DNA from: Neoechinorhynchus agilis
Lineage: Eukaryota > Animalia > Acanthocephala
DNA length: 64,000 nt
NCBI GenBank assembly: GCA_051530055.1
Contig: CM121341.1
Location: forward strand, 4,504,784-4,568,783
Reading direction: 5' to 3'
Below, piece by piece: positions 1 to 11,339 of this stretch. A model generated the notes under the pieces. That model saw only the letters and a program-made list of their open reading frames with translations, did no database searches and was not told the origin of the DNA. How positions within the stretch are numbered: position 1 is the first letter of the stretch; each line of letters opens with the position of its first letter. The translations under genes and the position numbers were made by a program.

Positions 1-86
1 GCAGCTGTGTTTTGAAAAAAATAGCGGTGTTTGATTCAGAAATTTTTTTTAAATAATAAGCATTTTTTTTAAAAAGTTAACTTATA

Positions 87-2186
87 TTATTCTGAATTGT
101 CCTTCACCGTCCCCAAGACACTCGCTGCGTTTCCTCGCTGGATAGCCAAGGATATGTTCTGTACTAGGAACGAGCGAGCCCTCCTGTCATTGGTCGAGTT
201 GATCAGTCGATGCCCCAGTTCGAGAACAAAACTCCTCGCCGCACGTTTGAAAGCTCCTAAGGTTTCCACTGCGAAGGGGACAAAATGATGAGAATTCGTA
301 AAATCAGCGTATTTTGCAACCTTACGGAGCTCAGCTGCTGATGCGGCTCCCCCAGCCCCGGAGGATGCATCTCGCAGATTGCTGGCTGCAAGGGAGTCGA
401 CGCATGTTGCGTCCCATAGGAGACATCTCCCCCTGCTCCAAGGAAAAACGGTAACTCCATCCGGCCTACGCCCATCGATCCTGCAGATGTTGCTAGGCTC
501 GAGGATATTCGGAGAGTTAGCCGTTTTCAAAGCGCGGCTCAGCAATGCGTTTATTTCGGCGTGTCTAGCAAAACGGCCACTTGAGCATTTACAGGCTAAT
601 CCGTGCCTGCCCGAGGGGTCAACTTCCGTCCCGCATCGGCAGGTGTGAGGGATACAAACCGGGAGCCCGAGCCTCAGAGACACTGCGATTCTGAGAGCCT
701 CGCCGTCTAATCTCGAACCGAGATTTGCTGATGGTACAGCTTTCAACCAGGCGCCGGACTCTTTGCAGGAAACTGCAGTTAATCGCGTTCTATCCACGTC
801 GGAGAGCGAGTCAAAAAGTGAGGTGTGAACACGCTCCACTAACGGAATGTCCCACGATTTCTGTTTTTCCGGGAGGTCTGGAATCTTGTCGAGGTTAGAC
901 AGGGACATCCAAAGATGAAGAGCGGGCTCCAGGCTGATGTCCTCCTCAAAATTATGTTTCAAAATCAATCTGGAAAGGCGCTTGGACCTACTAAGAGACG
1001 ATAGAAAGGCTGGAAGCGCAATGGCTGAGCTGGCACGAATACCGATCCCTCCGTAGCTTGTGGGCAAAGATGCCTGGGTCCAGCCAGTGTCGGGGAGCTT
1101 AATATTAAGGATCTTGCATAGACCATCCCTTAAAGAACCATCAATCTCTCTCAATTCGGGCTGACATTGAAAGGAAGGGGTTGACCGCAGTTTATGGAGG
1201 ATGCGTGGAATGAAGATGCAATTTTTTAAAAGGAAGAGAGCATCGTGAGGGAAAAGTTCAGAGGCCCTTGAACAGATGAGATCAATGGAAGGTCTGATTT
1301 TCCTGATATCAGCCTGCATATTCTCCTCGAGAACGCAGCTTCCCAGCAGTTCTAAGCTGGACTTGGTGATAAGTCGGATATTAGGTGCGGCCTTTTCAAA
1401 CTCTCTCAAAATTTGTGCGCGTTCCTCGTCCCCACAATTCAAAACCAAAATTTCGCACTTGCTTGGGTTCAGTTTGAGGCCAATTTTTTTACATTCTTCT
1501 AAAAGAACCGTTAAATCTTGTAGGACTTCAGACGGGGAACCTCCTAGAGTAGCGTCATCCAGATACCAGGCGTTGAATGGTGATCGAAGAGATTGCGCCA
1601 GATTGTTTGTCGTCAGAGCAAAACCTAAAGGCCCCAGAGGGTCCCCTTGCTGCACACCCGATTGAGACCAGATTAGTTCATTATTATATACGAGCGGGGT
1701 GTGAGAGCAATATGCTGACTGAAAGTAGGGGAGAAGCTCTGGAATAGTGTTTCCGACTGCTGAAATTAAGATGCCTCGATCGATAGTGTTGAAGGCATTT
1801 GCGAAATCGCACTTCAGGATTACCTGAACGCCTGTACCAGAATTAATAAAAGAACGCAGCGCGTGGACTATAGCTTCTGCTCCACAAGGAGAGCAACATC
1901 CGAACTGGACGGGCCTAAGGATCTGGCCTGCTTTTTCCGCGACCCTTTTTGACAGAATCTTTCCGGTGAGACGGCGAAGGGTAGTTCCGATTGCTATGGG
2001 ACGAATCCCACCGTCCTTCTTATTAAGGGCACACAGGGAAGCCGAAAACATGGAATGTATTCCAGTGGCATTCGTGTCGCCTCGAAAAAAAATTCGACCT
2101 TTTCGTTGGCCTTCTTCAGCCAATTGTTTGCATTTCGCTGGAGCGCAAATTTTGTTCCCAATGAAAGACGTCAACTGTTTCAGCAA
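87..2186 (-). mobile_element. CRE-clade non-LTR retrotransposon, 5'-truncated; RT plus restriction-like endonuclease
   Basis: 699-aa ORF with GGIRPIAIG, DFANAFNTI, QQGDPLGP, AWYLDD, GGIGIR, a CCHC knuckle (CRC..HGLAC), RPDG and LLWDATCVD; A/T-rich tail after the stop. Confidence 0.9.
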
Positions 2187-2785
2187 TGGGGCGCATGTAC
2201 TTTTACTCTGTATCTATCGCCGTTATGTTCAAAAGGAGAGATCGTTTTTGAAGATCGATAATTTTCGATTGCGTCAATCGCGTTCTAATATCGAATTTTT
2301 TTAATTTAATATCATAGCCACCTACAACAATCAAACGCAAACACACAGTTAATCAGCTTTATCCAGTTCTTGTATTGCAGTTGATCAGTGAAGAGGAAGT
2401 TAAGTTGAGCGTCAGAGTGATCAACTCCCTCATACTTAACCTCCTTCTCCTGTTGAATCCATTTTGAGAATAATTACAGTTAAAATTAAAACATGTTAGT
2501 AATCAATCTCGAATCCAAATCAGATATCGATTCCATTAAAATATTAAATAAAAATTGCTCATTCGTTGAAAGAATATTTATATGATTTTTGATATTCGAA
2601 GTGTCCATTGATTGTTGAAGTATATTTGCTGGGTACCTAAAAATGTTATTGTCTGTTCTTATAAATTTACAGTAATTTACATCTGGGGTAAAAAACCAAA
2701 TTTTAGTCAGGAATAATTTATGTAAGAACGAGACTAGAGGATCAAAGTCAACTCCTAAGGAGTAAAATAAGTTTTTTAGTTATAA

Positions 2786-3194
2786 GGATTGTCTAAAATT
2801 GAAGTATCATAACATACCGGCTTGCCAGTAAAAAACTTAAAAATATAGAACACGGCGCTATCCCTGAGCCGATGAACTGGCTGAGTTTAACATTTCGTAG
2901 TTGTGTCGAGGTGGTCAAGTAGACTAATGCCCATGATCCCGATTAGGGGTCAAGTGGTTCCAATCCGTTACCACCAATGACGCACAGCCAAAGGGGACGA
3001 AATACCGCTGAAGGGAGGAAACTCACTGATGAGCCCCGCCTCCTCGGGGGGTATCTGAGGATCCGGACGAAGATGTACAAACTCTTAACCGTGCATTAGA
3101 GACTATGTGGTTATATCACTTCCCTGATGTAATTGGTTTGGCTTTATGCCTAAATGAATAAGCCGGACAAGAAAGGGATTGTCTAAAATTGAAG
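2786..3194 (+). mobile_element. SINE/retrozyme-like ~390-bp element with tRNA-derived region and hammerhead core strands (copy A)
   Basis: A-box-like TGGTCAAGTAG 2912-2922, B-box-like GGTTCCAATCC 2956-2966, GGGGACGAAATACC 2993-3006, CTCACTGATGAG 3022-3033, GGTATCTGAG 3050-3059; 19-bp direct repeat at 2786 and 3176; homologous copies elsewhere in the window. Confidence 0.75.
2993..3059 (+). ncRNA. Putative rearranged hammerhead ribozyme, predicted cleavage after C3055
   Basis: CTGATGA, CGAAA and ATC core strands; stem I CTCA/TGAG, stem III TACC/GGTA, stem II GGGGAC/GCCCC, in non-canonical order. Confidence 0.5.
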
Positions 3195-3760
3195 GATAAA
3201 ATATTTGAAGAAGATGAATCTATTTTCAGGCTGACGTCCTCATGCAAAAAAACATATTGATCCTCCTGTGATAGTTTTCAATGCCCGGTATATAAAAATC
3301 GGATTAAAAGCCAAATGACGAGTGCGTTTAAGTAAACACTTAATTTTGCTAAAAGTAGTTTTAAGATTTGTATTAATAAAGAAACGATGATTTTTAGACG
3401 GGAAATCAACGCCTAAAATTCAGAGTGAGAAAAATCATTTGTGTTTTTAAGTAAATTCATTAATGATTTTCTTGAAGAGCTAGTTTTAGTGAGGGGGATA
3501 ATAAAAGTTTTATTCATATTGATTATAAGATTGGCTTCCTTTAATAACAAAGATAAAATTTTAAGATAATTCCTAATATATGACAGTAAGCTAGATCGAT
3601 TTCTAGCTTTTCCAAATAGGAAAATGTCGTCCGCGTAGATTAATGGAAATATGTTATGAAAACCTTTAATTGGTCTGAAAACATAAATCATCGCGGTTAA
3701 GAAAAGGGTTGGTGAAATTGGTGATTCTTGGGGAACATCGAAACGAGTGTAGAAGATTGT

Positions 3761-3921
3761 TGTGTAGATATTCATTTAGGAATTAATTATGATGGTGAAC
3801 TGACGGAAAAAATTATGAATATATTAATCAGAATTGCGAACAATCACTGAAGACCAACGCATTGGTCGAAAATTCTGATTAATATATTCATAATTTTTTC
3901 CGTCAGTTCACCATCATAATT
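3761..3921. mobile_element. 161-bp fold-back insertion in the LINE RT with hammerhead-like loop
   Basis: Perfect 54-bp inverted repeat 3782-3835/3871-3924; imperfect 15-bp direct repeats 3746-3760 and 3922-3936; removal rejoins NNTIFY to TRFDVPQES. Confidence 0.7.
3842..3880 (+). ncRNA. Minimal type I hammerhead-like motif
   Basis: AATCA-CTGAAGA-CCAA cgca TTGG-TC-GAAA-AT-TC-TGATT; stem I AATCA/TGATT; the 10.1-11.1 pair is non-canonical. Confidence 0.45.
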
Positions 3922-5815
3922 AATGTAAAAGATTGTGTTATTTGGATCAATTTCATAATAAAAGCCTTTTGATTCAATCAAATATTGAATTTTATATATT
4001 AAATTTTGAGGAATTTTTAAGAACATCAGTACCTTATATAAACAGACTCTATCAAATGCCTTGTTTAAGTCGAGTTGAATTAAGATTTTGTTACAATATT
4101 TTCTCTCATTTAAATTATGAAGATTAGCTAAAAGAGAGTGAACTCCCCGATGTCTGATAAATCCATGAAAGTAAGAGGGAATCAAATTATGAGTTTCTAA
4201 AAAGTGAATTAGTTTACGATTTAAAACCCGCTCTAAGCATGAAATCAGAGGGTTTTGAATAGAAATGATCCTAATATGGTTTGGACTTGAGATGGCTCCC
4301 TTTGATTTAGGAATAAAAACTTTTTTCACCACGTTAATTTTTAAAAGATCCTCAAAATCTATTCTTTGGTTGATAAATTTCCTAAATATAGTTGTTCTAG
4401 CTTGAGTGTTCAGAGATGTAAAAATCTTTGGAGAGACAGATAGGAAGTTACAAGCCTTAGATATGTTGGTCTTTGAAGCATTCAAAAGCTCCTCCATTTT
4501 AAAATTCCATCTAAATTTTTTCCCACGGAGAATAGGAATTGGAGGGGAGGAGTAGGCATTAAAAGTATGAAAAAGAAGAATAGCTTCAATAACCTTATGA
4601 TAAGAGATTGTTCCAATCCAAGATGCCGCTTTAGCTTTCCAGCTTAAGAATCTACGATTGAGTAAAATATTCCAGTACTCCTTTGATAACAAAGTTTGCT
4701 TGTTAATAATTATTTGGTCTTTTTTGATTTTGTCATAAAATTTTGTAATAAAAAACTTCTTCATGAAGTGGGCATGTAACGAAGAGTCGCCGTGTAAATT
4801 GGCAATAATTGCCTGTTTATAAAAAGCTTTGGCTTCTTTAGAAGCCGCTCGTCTCGAAATAAAAAATGAGGTGACTAAATGTTCTTTAGCCGCAGTTAAG
4901 ATAATTTGATTAATTGATAAAAAAGAGAGATTTGTAGAGTTTGTAAAAGAGTTAACTATGGAGTTATTAAAATTTTTAATACGTTCAGGATCCATAATAA
5001 CATGGTCCTTGAGGGATAGTCCTTTAGTGTGAAAAATTATTAAATCGTGCCACATTATAAGCTGGGATTGTATTTGTATTACTGGTAAAATTTAAAAGGT
5101 AGTCCATTTTTAAGAATAGCGCCATCAATAAAGGAATGTCTATGATTGGAGAAATGGTGAAAAGATGGGAAATTCGGCAAAATAAAGATATGATATGCCA
5201 AGTAATTTGAGTTAAAATCGCCGACGACTAAATCAGGATTCCAGTTCATAACAAAGCGAATTGCATATTTTAAGAATTTGGAAATATTTCATGAGAATCA
5301 GAAAAAGAGGGTAGTTTAAGGCATTTTGAACGTATTATCTGAGTTGAAAATATGTGAGTTTTAACAGCTAATAAGAGTTTAGGCGCCAAATTTCTATTTA
5401 TAAAACATTGAAGCCCTCCAGAGAAACCTATATAGTTATTTGTTAATGATGCGGAGGGTGAGATTATAAATGAATCATATGCTGAGTGATTAAAGAGTCT
5501 TGAAAGCATAATATGTCCACTGTTTTAGGTGTGTAGGTAAATTGAATGCTCTAGAAGCATTATAGGTAGAAAATGAAAAGTCAAGCTCTTGATCCATTAT
5601 CGGGGGAATCCGAGAGCCTAACTTTTTTGCTTTCCGTAATATCCACTCGTGATCCCGATGGAGCTATATTAACTTCAGAGTATTGTCAGGTGAATAAAGG
5701 GTTAAATCTTTTCAGGTCCGGTGTTGACGGGTCAGGTGAGACCACAGAATGTATAGGGGGCAGTGTGTTGCCCAGATGCTGTAATATCCAGTTTAGAATT
5801 TTTTTTCAATATAAA

Positions 5816-6450
5816 TCAATTTATTTTAAAATGATTAAATCGTCTCCGGACGCTGACCGCGTTTCCTCGTTGGATTGCGAGGCTTATTCTTTGGATCAGG
5901 AAAATCTTCTCGCGTCGCTCCCCTGTTTGTGCTGCAAGTCGTCGTCCGAGTTCGGCACAAAAGCTTCGTACCGAAGATCCCAGCGCCCCTTGTGTTTCCA
6001 CGCCGAAAGGAAGGAAAATGTAATTTTGTTTGAGCTCATTGTATTTCTCCGCTTTCCTCCTTTCGGCGGCACTCGCTGCTCCTCCCGTCTCCGCTAAAGC
6101 ATCTTGCCGGTTGGACATGGCGAGTGAGTCCACGCATTTTGCGTCCCAAATTAGACTCTTCCCTTCTTTCCAAGGGAAAACGGTCATACCGTCGGGACGC
6201 TTACCATCCGAGCGACAGAGGTGATTGGGCTCCAGGATGGTTGGAACGTGGATCGAGTTCAGAGCTCTGCTAATGATCGCGTTGAGCTCTGAGTGCCTTG
6301 GGAAACGACCGCTCGATCTCTTGCAGTAGAGTCCATGTCTCCCGAGCACGTCAACTTTTATCCCTAGCACTTGCTATTGAAGCGGGGCACAGGTTGGAAG
6401 TCCTAAACGTAGAGCGACGGCTATTCGATTTTGTCAAATGCAATCCCTTG
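5816..6450 (-). mobile_element. CRE 3' fragment (RLE endonuclease)
   Basis: HGLYC, RH, RPDGMTVFPW, LIWDAKCVD, PFGVET, QRISLAIQRGNA. Confidence 0.85.
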
Positions 6451-7062
6451 CGCTTATTTTTAGTTGTTCTCTTGCGCGAATGATTAATTGCATTTGAATA
6501 AAGGCATTTCGGTTTAAGGAACTTTGTCAAAGTTGTATAGATATTAAAAATCCTTTTTAAAAATTACCCGATTACAGCAACATTTTCTAATTCCATCGAT
6601 GAACTTCGTTTTTACGTTGGTTTTGGAGGTTTGTAATATAATTCTTAACTTTCAATATGAATTCTGATGGTCGTCGAGTCAAAAACGTATCGATGCTTAA
6701 TTTTAAGAATCATTCATATTATTGATTTCAAGTTAAGTCTCCGCTGGATTTAATGAAAGTTCTGGACTTTTTATAAAAGCTAAAATGAATTTATGTGATT
6801 ATCCCGAAACAACAGGAAAATTTAGCACCCGAACAAAAATCGATGGTTTATTGAAACAAATCAATAATAGCGAATATGTGTGTGAAAGCGTCAATCGCTC
6901 ACAATAAACTTTATTTCAAGCTAACATCTCGCTTTATCTGTGATTCCAAGCTAAGGAACCCAAAAGGATGTCTCCATCCCATTGTTGGAACCACAAAATA
7001 CGCGAGGATTCGTTAATCCCCGCTTTTCACTTGCCCCATTAAGCAATCCGATTCAGTTGAAC

Positions 7063-9315
7063 TCAATTTTCTCCTTGAAAATTGCCTGCATTCTCATCCA
7101 AGCGTTTCGCAGCTTCCTCGTCGACCCGATTATAGTCTTCCAAACTACGTATATAAAACAACTTAGGATCGATTGTTGTTATTGTCCTGAAAAGCAAATC
7201 CTCTGTAACGGGCCTTTCAATACTTTCTTTGATCGCCATTGCAGTTTGGAAAGTATTGGCGATGTCTTTATCGTTTCTGACCCGAATCATCTTCCATTCA
7301 CCTCCCTCGACAACGCATTCGATTATCTTTTCATTGCATTGAAACAATTGAGCCGTGAGTCGAATCCGGGCGAACGGTTCATTGTACTTTCTAACATACA
7401 GAAATCCACCAGAACCGATTTTTCGCTTTTCCATCACGTGGCCAGGAATTACCAATTTGAAGTCGACCGAATTCAGTCGTGGATGTTTATACTTTAGCAG
7501 CTCGTAAAATGTTCCAAAAATATAAGGCATATAAACGGGCTGAAATATAAGACCGTCTGTCTCATGAGGGACTTCTCTTTTAAACTTCTCATTCAAAAGA
7601 TGTTTACTGTGTTTGAGGCCGTAAAAATCCTTTCTTCGAATCCCAAACGGTTCTCGACTTCGGTCTATCGCTCCGCATTCCATTGCACGATGACGAGGCA
7701 AAATAATCTCTCTCAAAATGAGTTCCAAGCGTTTATCAAAGTCGAGTTCTTTACCGGCAGGATGCCCGTTGAATGCCAAGACGTCGAATATAAGAAATCG
7801 AGGAATCCGTTTGCCTTCAACTACATCTTCCACCATCTCTCCATCAAGCAAAGTCTGACGAAGATGATCTTTGGTGCCACGTTTCGTCACAAACGTCAGG
7901 TTTCTCACTTTAAAGATTGAATTGCGCCGGTCAACCATATAAATTTCGTTTTTCGCTCGAATTAAACACAAATACCGGGTTCCGTCATCCTTCCAGCTTA
8001 CGCGATAATCCAACTGCCGCAATGTTTGGATATTATTGAGTGTCATTGATACCGGCTGGCTACCGATGAATCCTCTTCCATGACTTTCTGGACAAAGGTC
8101 CTTTATGTTTTGTCGAATTTCGTTGATTTTTCTTCGATCTCTGTCGTATCTTAGTCGATAGATGAACGCAACATCTACCGAGAAGCCCTCTGATAAACCT
8201 GTTGGTTGGTTTACTTCCTCATTCGAACTATCCAGAATGGAAGGATTTGGTTTTTCCGCTAGCGCGTCGATTTTCCTTTTTGATTTAAAATCTGCCGACT
8301 TTGGGTCAACTGCAACCCTTTTTCTACGTGGACTTTGTTCCCGGGTTTCCGAGTCCGTTGTTTGCGCCATTCGATTCGATCTTTTACGAAAACCGATGTC
8401 TTCATTTGATCTTTTTCTCGATTTCATGTGTTCATCCTCCTCTTTAATTATTTGAGTCTTGAGCGAAACATTCAACTCAGTTTGATGATCAGCGGACGAT
8501 TGCGAAACTCTTCGCTTCGACCGAATGTTGTGCTCGTCCGAATCACTAATGGATCGTTTTCGTCCACCAGCGAACTTCTTTCTCTTAATGCCGGCGATAT
8601 CGATTTCGTCGTTTGCTTCTTGCTTTGATCCATAATTTGTACTCGTTTCGATACTCACGGCTTCTGTCGAATTCTTGGTGGATGCCGGATCCTTGGTATC
8701 AATTTTGCGCTTTAATAGCACGCCGGTTCGCCAACTCGAGTACCGTAATCTCAATCCGTGAATAACTCGAGGAGCTTGAATTCCTGGGGCACGACATCTC
8801 CGAAATTCCGCTATGGCACTTCTCAATTTCATTTTCTTCTTTTCAATCAGATAAGAAGAAATAAGAAAACCGGATTGATTGTATCCGCGTGTACAATGAA
8901 CCGCGATGACTGAATTCGGTTTCGATTCCAGAAGGCTATCACAAATCTCCATAAATCTGTTTTTGATTTCCTTTCTCGGATAATCCTTGTGTTCGTCGCA
9001 GGGCAGACAATAGTGCAATACATTGAAATGATCTGTGAATTCTTTGCTTTGATAATATTCTTCGTTATTGATAAGGCTAATGATCCCGGCAATAGATCGA
9101 TTTTCGGCAATTTGGTGCATCCGGTTAATAGCAATCGCAGGAGTGAATCGTTTTGCCTCTGGAATGAGCGAATCGTATTGTGACGATAAAGGAGTCTTGC
9201 AAACGATAAAGCGGTCATTAATGAGACACGAACTCATCGGTGCTGTATTTAACCACTGATGAGGAATTCGTAGAATTGATTTTGGTTGATTAATCGTGAT
9301 TTTTTCCGAAGTCAT
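7063..9315 (-). CDS. RNGTT: mRNA capping enzyme (cysteine-phosphatase-type triphosphatase plus guanylyltransferase), intronless
   Basis: 750 aa; FIVCKTPL, VHCTRGYNQSG, WKDDGTRY, TLLDGE, FLIFD, ETDGLIF, LKYK, IIEC, RVRNDK. Confidence 0.9.
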   Translation of the reverse strand: MTSEKITINQPKSILRIPHQWLNTAPMSSCLINDRFIVCKTPLSSQYDSLIPEAKRFTPAIAINRMHQIAENRSIAGIISLINNEEYYQSKEFTDHFNVLHYCLPCDEHKDYPRKEIKNRFMEICDSLLESKPNSVIAVHCTRGYNQSGFLISSYLIEKKKMKLRSAIAEFRRCRAPGIQAPRVIHGLRLRYSSWRTGVLLKRKIDTKDPASTKNSTEAVSIETSTNYGSKQEANDEIDIAGIKRKKFAGGRKRSISDSDEHNIRSKRRVSQSSADHQTELNVSLKTQIIKEEDEHMKSRKRSNEDIGFRKRSNRMAQTTDSETREQSPRRKRVAVDPKSADFKSKRKIDALAEKPNPSILDSSNEEVNQPTGLSEGFSVDVAFIYRLRYDRDRRKINEIRQNIKDLCPESHGRGFIGSQPVSMTLNNIQTLRQLDYRVSWKDDGTRYLCLIRAKNEIYMVDRRNSIFKVRNLTFVTKRGTKDHLRQTLLDGEMVEDVVEGKRIPRFLIFDVLAFNGHPAGKELDFDKRLELILREIILPRHRAMECGAIDRSREPFGIRRKDFYGLKHSKHLLNEKFKREVPHETDGLIFQPVYMPYIFGTFYELLKYKHPRLNSVDFKLVIPGHVMEKRKIGSGGFLYVRKYNEPFARIRLTAQLFQCNEKIIECVVEGGEWKMIRVRNDKDIANTFQTAMAIKESIERPVTEDLLFRTITTIDPKLFYIRSLEDYNRVDEEAAKRLDENAGNFQGEN

Positions 9316-10559
9316 TCTTGATGATAGATAGATATCGTAGACTATTTTTGAGGATTATAAGATCGTTTCGCTTTACTTGGTCGTTTTTGAAAAGGTTATC
9401 TCGGATTGCAAATAAGCAAACATGACGTAAATATTGATTTTGGACTCACAAATATTGAAAGAGTATTGTTATTTGGATATTAAGCGTTGAGCCACATGAA
9501 AGACTTTCTATTATCATTGCTTTGACTTAGTTTAAGAAAACAGCAAATTTTTGGATTTAAGACTTTAACAAAAATTAAGCCCGCATTTTCCAATGAGGAC
9601 GATGTCTCTGGCTGAATTCGATGGTAACGAGCAATTCTTTAGATTTTATTCGAATAACAAATCACTTAAAAAAACGCGTATCATTTGAATAACACGAATT
9701 CAGGTTTTGAAAGGCCTTAAAGATCTCATTTGTTAGACCCAGCGAATGTATAGCGCCCAGCAGATTTGCTGAACAAAGAATCAGACGAATCTTAGGACTT
9801 ATCATCCCGGGTAATCGTGATAGCCACAATCAACTCACAAAAAGGAGGATGATCGCCTACTGGCAAGGATTTATGGACTTGTTGCGGAATCTAGGCAGCT
9901 AAAATTTCTTTAACAGGAAAACCAACTTATTTTAGACTCTTTTAAACCTTTTGTAATGCCAACAAATGTAAAAGTGGCCAGCGACATGGACAATCAAATT
10001 CAAGTAGTTACGAAACACGTCGATGTTACCTTGGACCATCTTAGCGTCTAAAACGAAATGGGAAATTTTAATGGTTCGGACGTTCAAAAACAAAATAGAG
10101 CGATTTATTGGTCACAAATTGAGCGATTAATCAATTTACTGCTTCGTTTTAAAAGTACGAATGTTAAATTCCGATTTCAAAGCGCTTTTGTTCATATCTT
10201 TTAGGCGTTATTCAACAGGGCGTTTTTTAGCAGACAATTCACATTGACCGCAATCGAGATTATTTTATGAGATTTACAAAGTATTTTCTGCACGGAAAGT
10301 CCTGATGCTCACGTTTAGTCTAGTAAATCTTAAAACGAAAGTTTTAATTCAAATTAGAATTTAAATGATTTTTCCAACGGAGTATCGTATCCGTTTGAAG
10401 ATTTTAAAATTTATTGTCTTGCAAAATAAGGTAATCTGATGAGCCTTGAGCAATCTTCTTGTAAAACTACCTTTATTTCTGAGAATACGATTCCGTTGTT
10501 TATGGGAATATTTAAACAATTTCTACTGCTTCAATAATTTGTTGAGCAGTGATTTTTGT

Positions 10560-10845
10560 TGAAGTACAAAACGTGCAATCACCACCGTCCGCAAAATCTT
10601 AACTTCTCTCATTCCTCGGCTGTCGCTATCACGTTAACAGCATTGCCTCGTTGTACTGCGAGCGAGATATTTTGTCGCAGGAATACACCTGCTCGTGCGT
10701 CGCCGGTCGCTTTTCTCAATTTATTCGAGAGATCCTGGAGCAGAGCGCCGAGCTGCCAAGCGCTCCATTCGTCTCTACTGCGAAGGGGTGGGCCCTTGCT
10801 AAATCGCTATATTTCCGTACCTTCCTCCCTTTCGCTGCCCCTTTG
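10560..10845 (-). mobile_element. CRE 3' fragment
   Basis: Reverse strand encodes the KISLAVQRGNA-like RLE end; shares its 3' end (GTACA..ACGTGCAATCACCACCGTCCGCA) with 58463-58860. Confidence 0.75.
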
Positions 10846-10943
10846 AAACACTTGAACACCAGAAAATTAGGAGCTCAATTACATGGCCTAAATAGTAATT
10901 TAAAGGAAGTAAAACTGGCAGCCGAGCGAGTCTAGTTCTTATG

Positions 10944-11047
10944 GTCAAAGGGTTCAAAATCCCTAATAACACCGATGACTCAATAAAGAAAGGGGACGAA
11001 ATACTTGATTGAAATAGGAAACTCACTGATGAGTCCTCTGAGGACCA
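10944..11047 (+). mobile_element. Diverged partial copy of the tRNA/hammerhead repeat
   Basis: GGTTCAAAATCC, GGGGACGAAATAC, CTCACTGATGAGTCCTCTGAGG. Confidence 0.7.
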
Positions 11048-11339
11048 ATGAATCGCGATGGTTGACTTTATGTTTGGAATCTTCTCCCCTTCCCCACACG
11101 AACTAAAAAAGGACGAAACCTTTGCCTTCAAATTACACGGTCGATCACTCATCTGATCGCGCACTTGCAAATCCTGTTTCCGTTTTATTGATCAGAATAA
11201 TCTGATGAATTCACAAGGAGCAAAATCGTAATAACGTATATGTATATATCATAAATTTGTCTGTGTTTTTTGTCGATTATCTCTTAAAAGAGCCATCCAA
11301 CGATATGGGGAGCGCTCCTCGCTCTCTCTCTACAGTGTG

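Larger units (their letters stand above)
3200..5520 (-). mobile_element. Decayed AT-rich LINE-like element (APE remnant plus RT)
   Basis: SGGLQCFINRN (APE-like), KVFIPK, IRIISI, FHGF, QLDLNKAFDRV, DVPQESPISP, IYADD, ILGV across broken ORFs. Confidence 0.75.

Noticed and set aside
97-2304. Plus-strand ORFs overlapping the CRE element
   Set aside because: Antisense shadows of a GC-richer coding strand.
2905-2976. Functional tRNA gene
   Set aside because: A/B-box-like motifs are present but the acceptor and anticodon stems do not pair properly, and the block is part of a dispersed repeat.
3054-3075. Second hammerhead core CTGAGGA..CGAAG in the repeat
   Set aside because: No proper stem II or GAAA, and the GAA reads GGA in the 19.4-kb copy.
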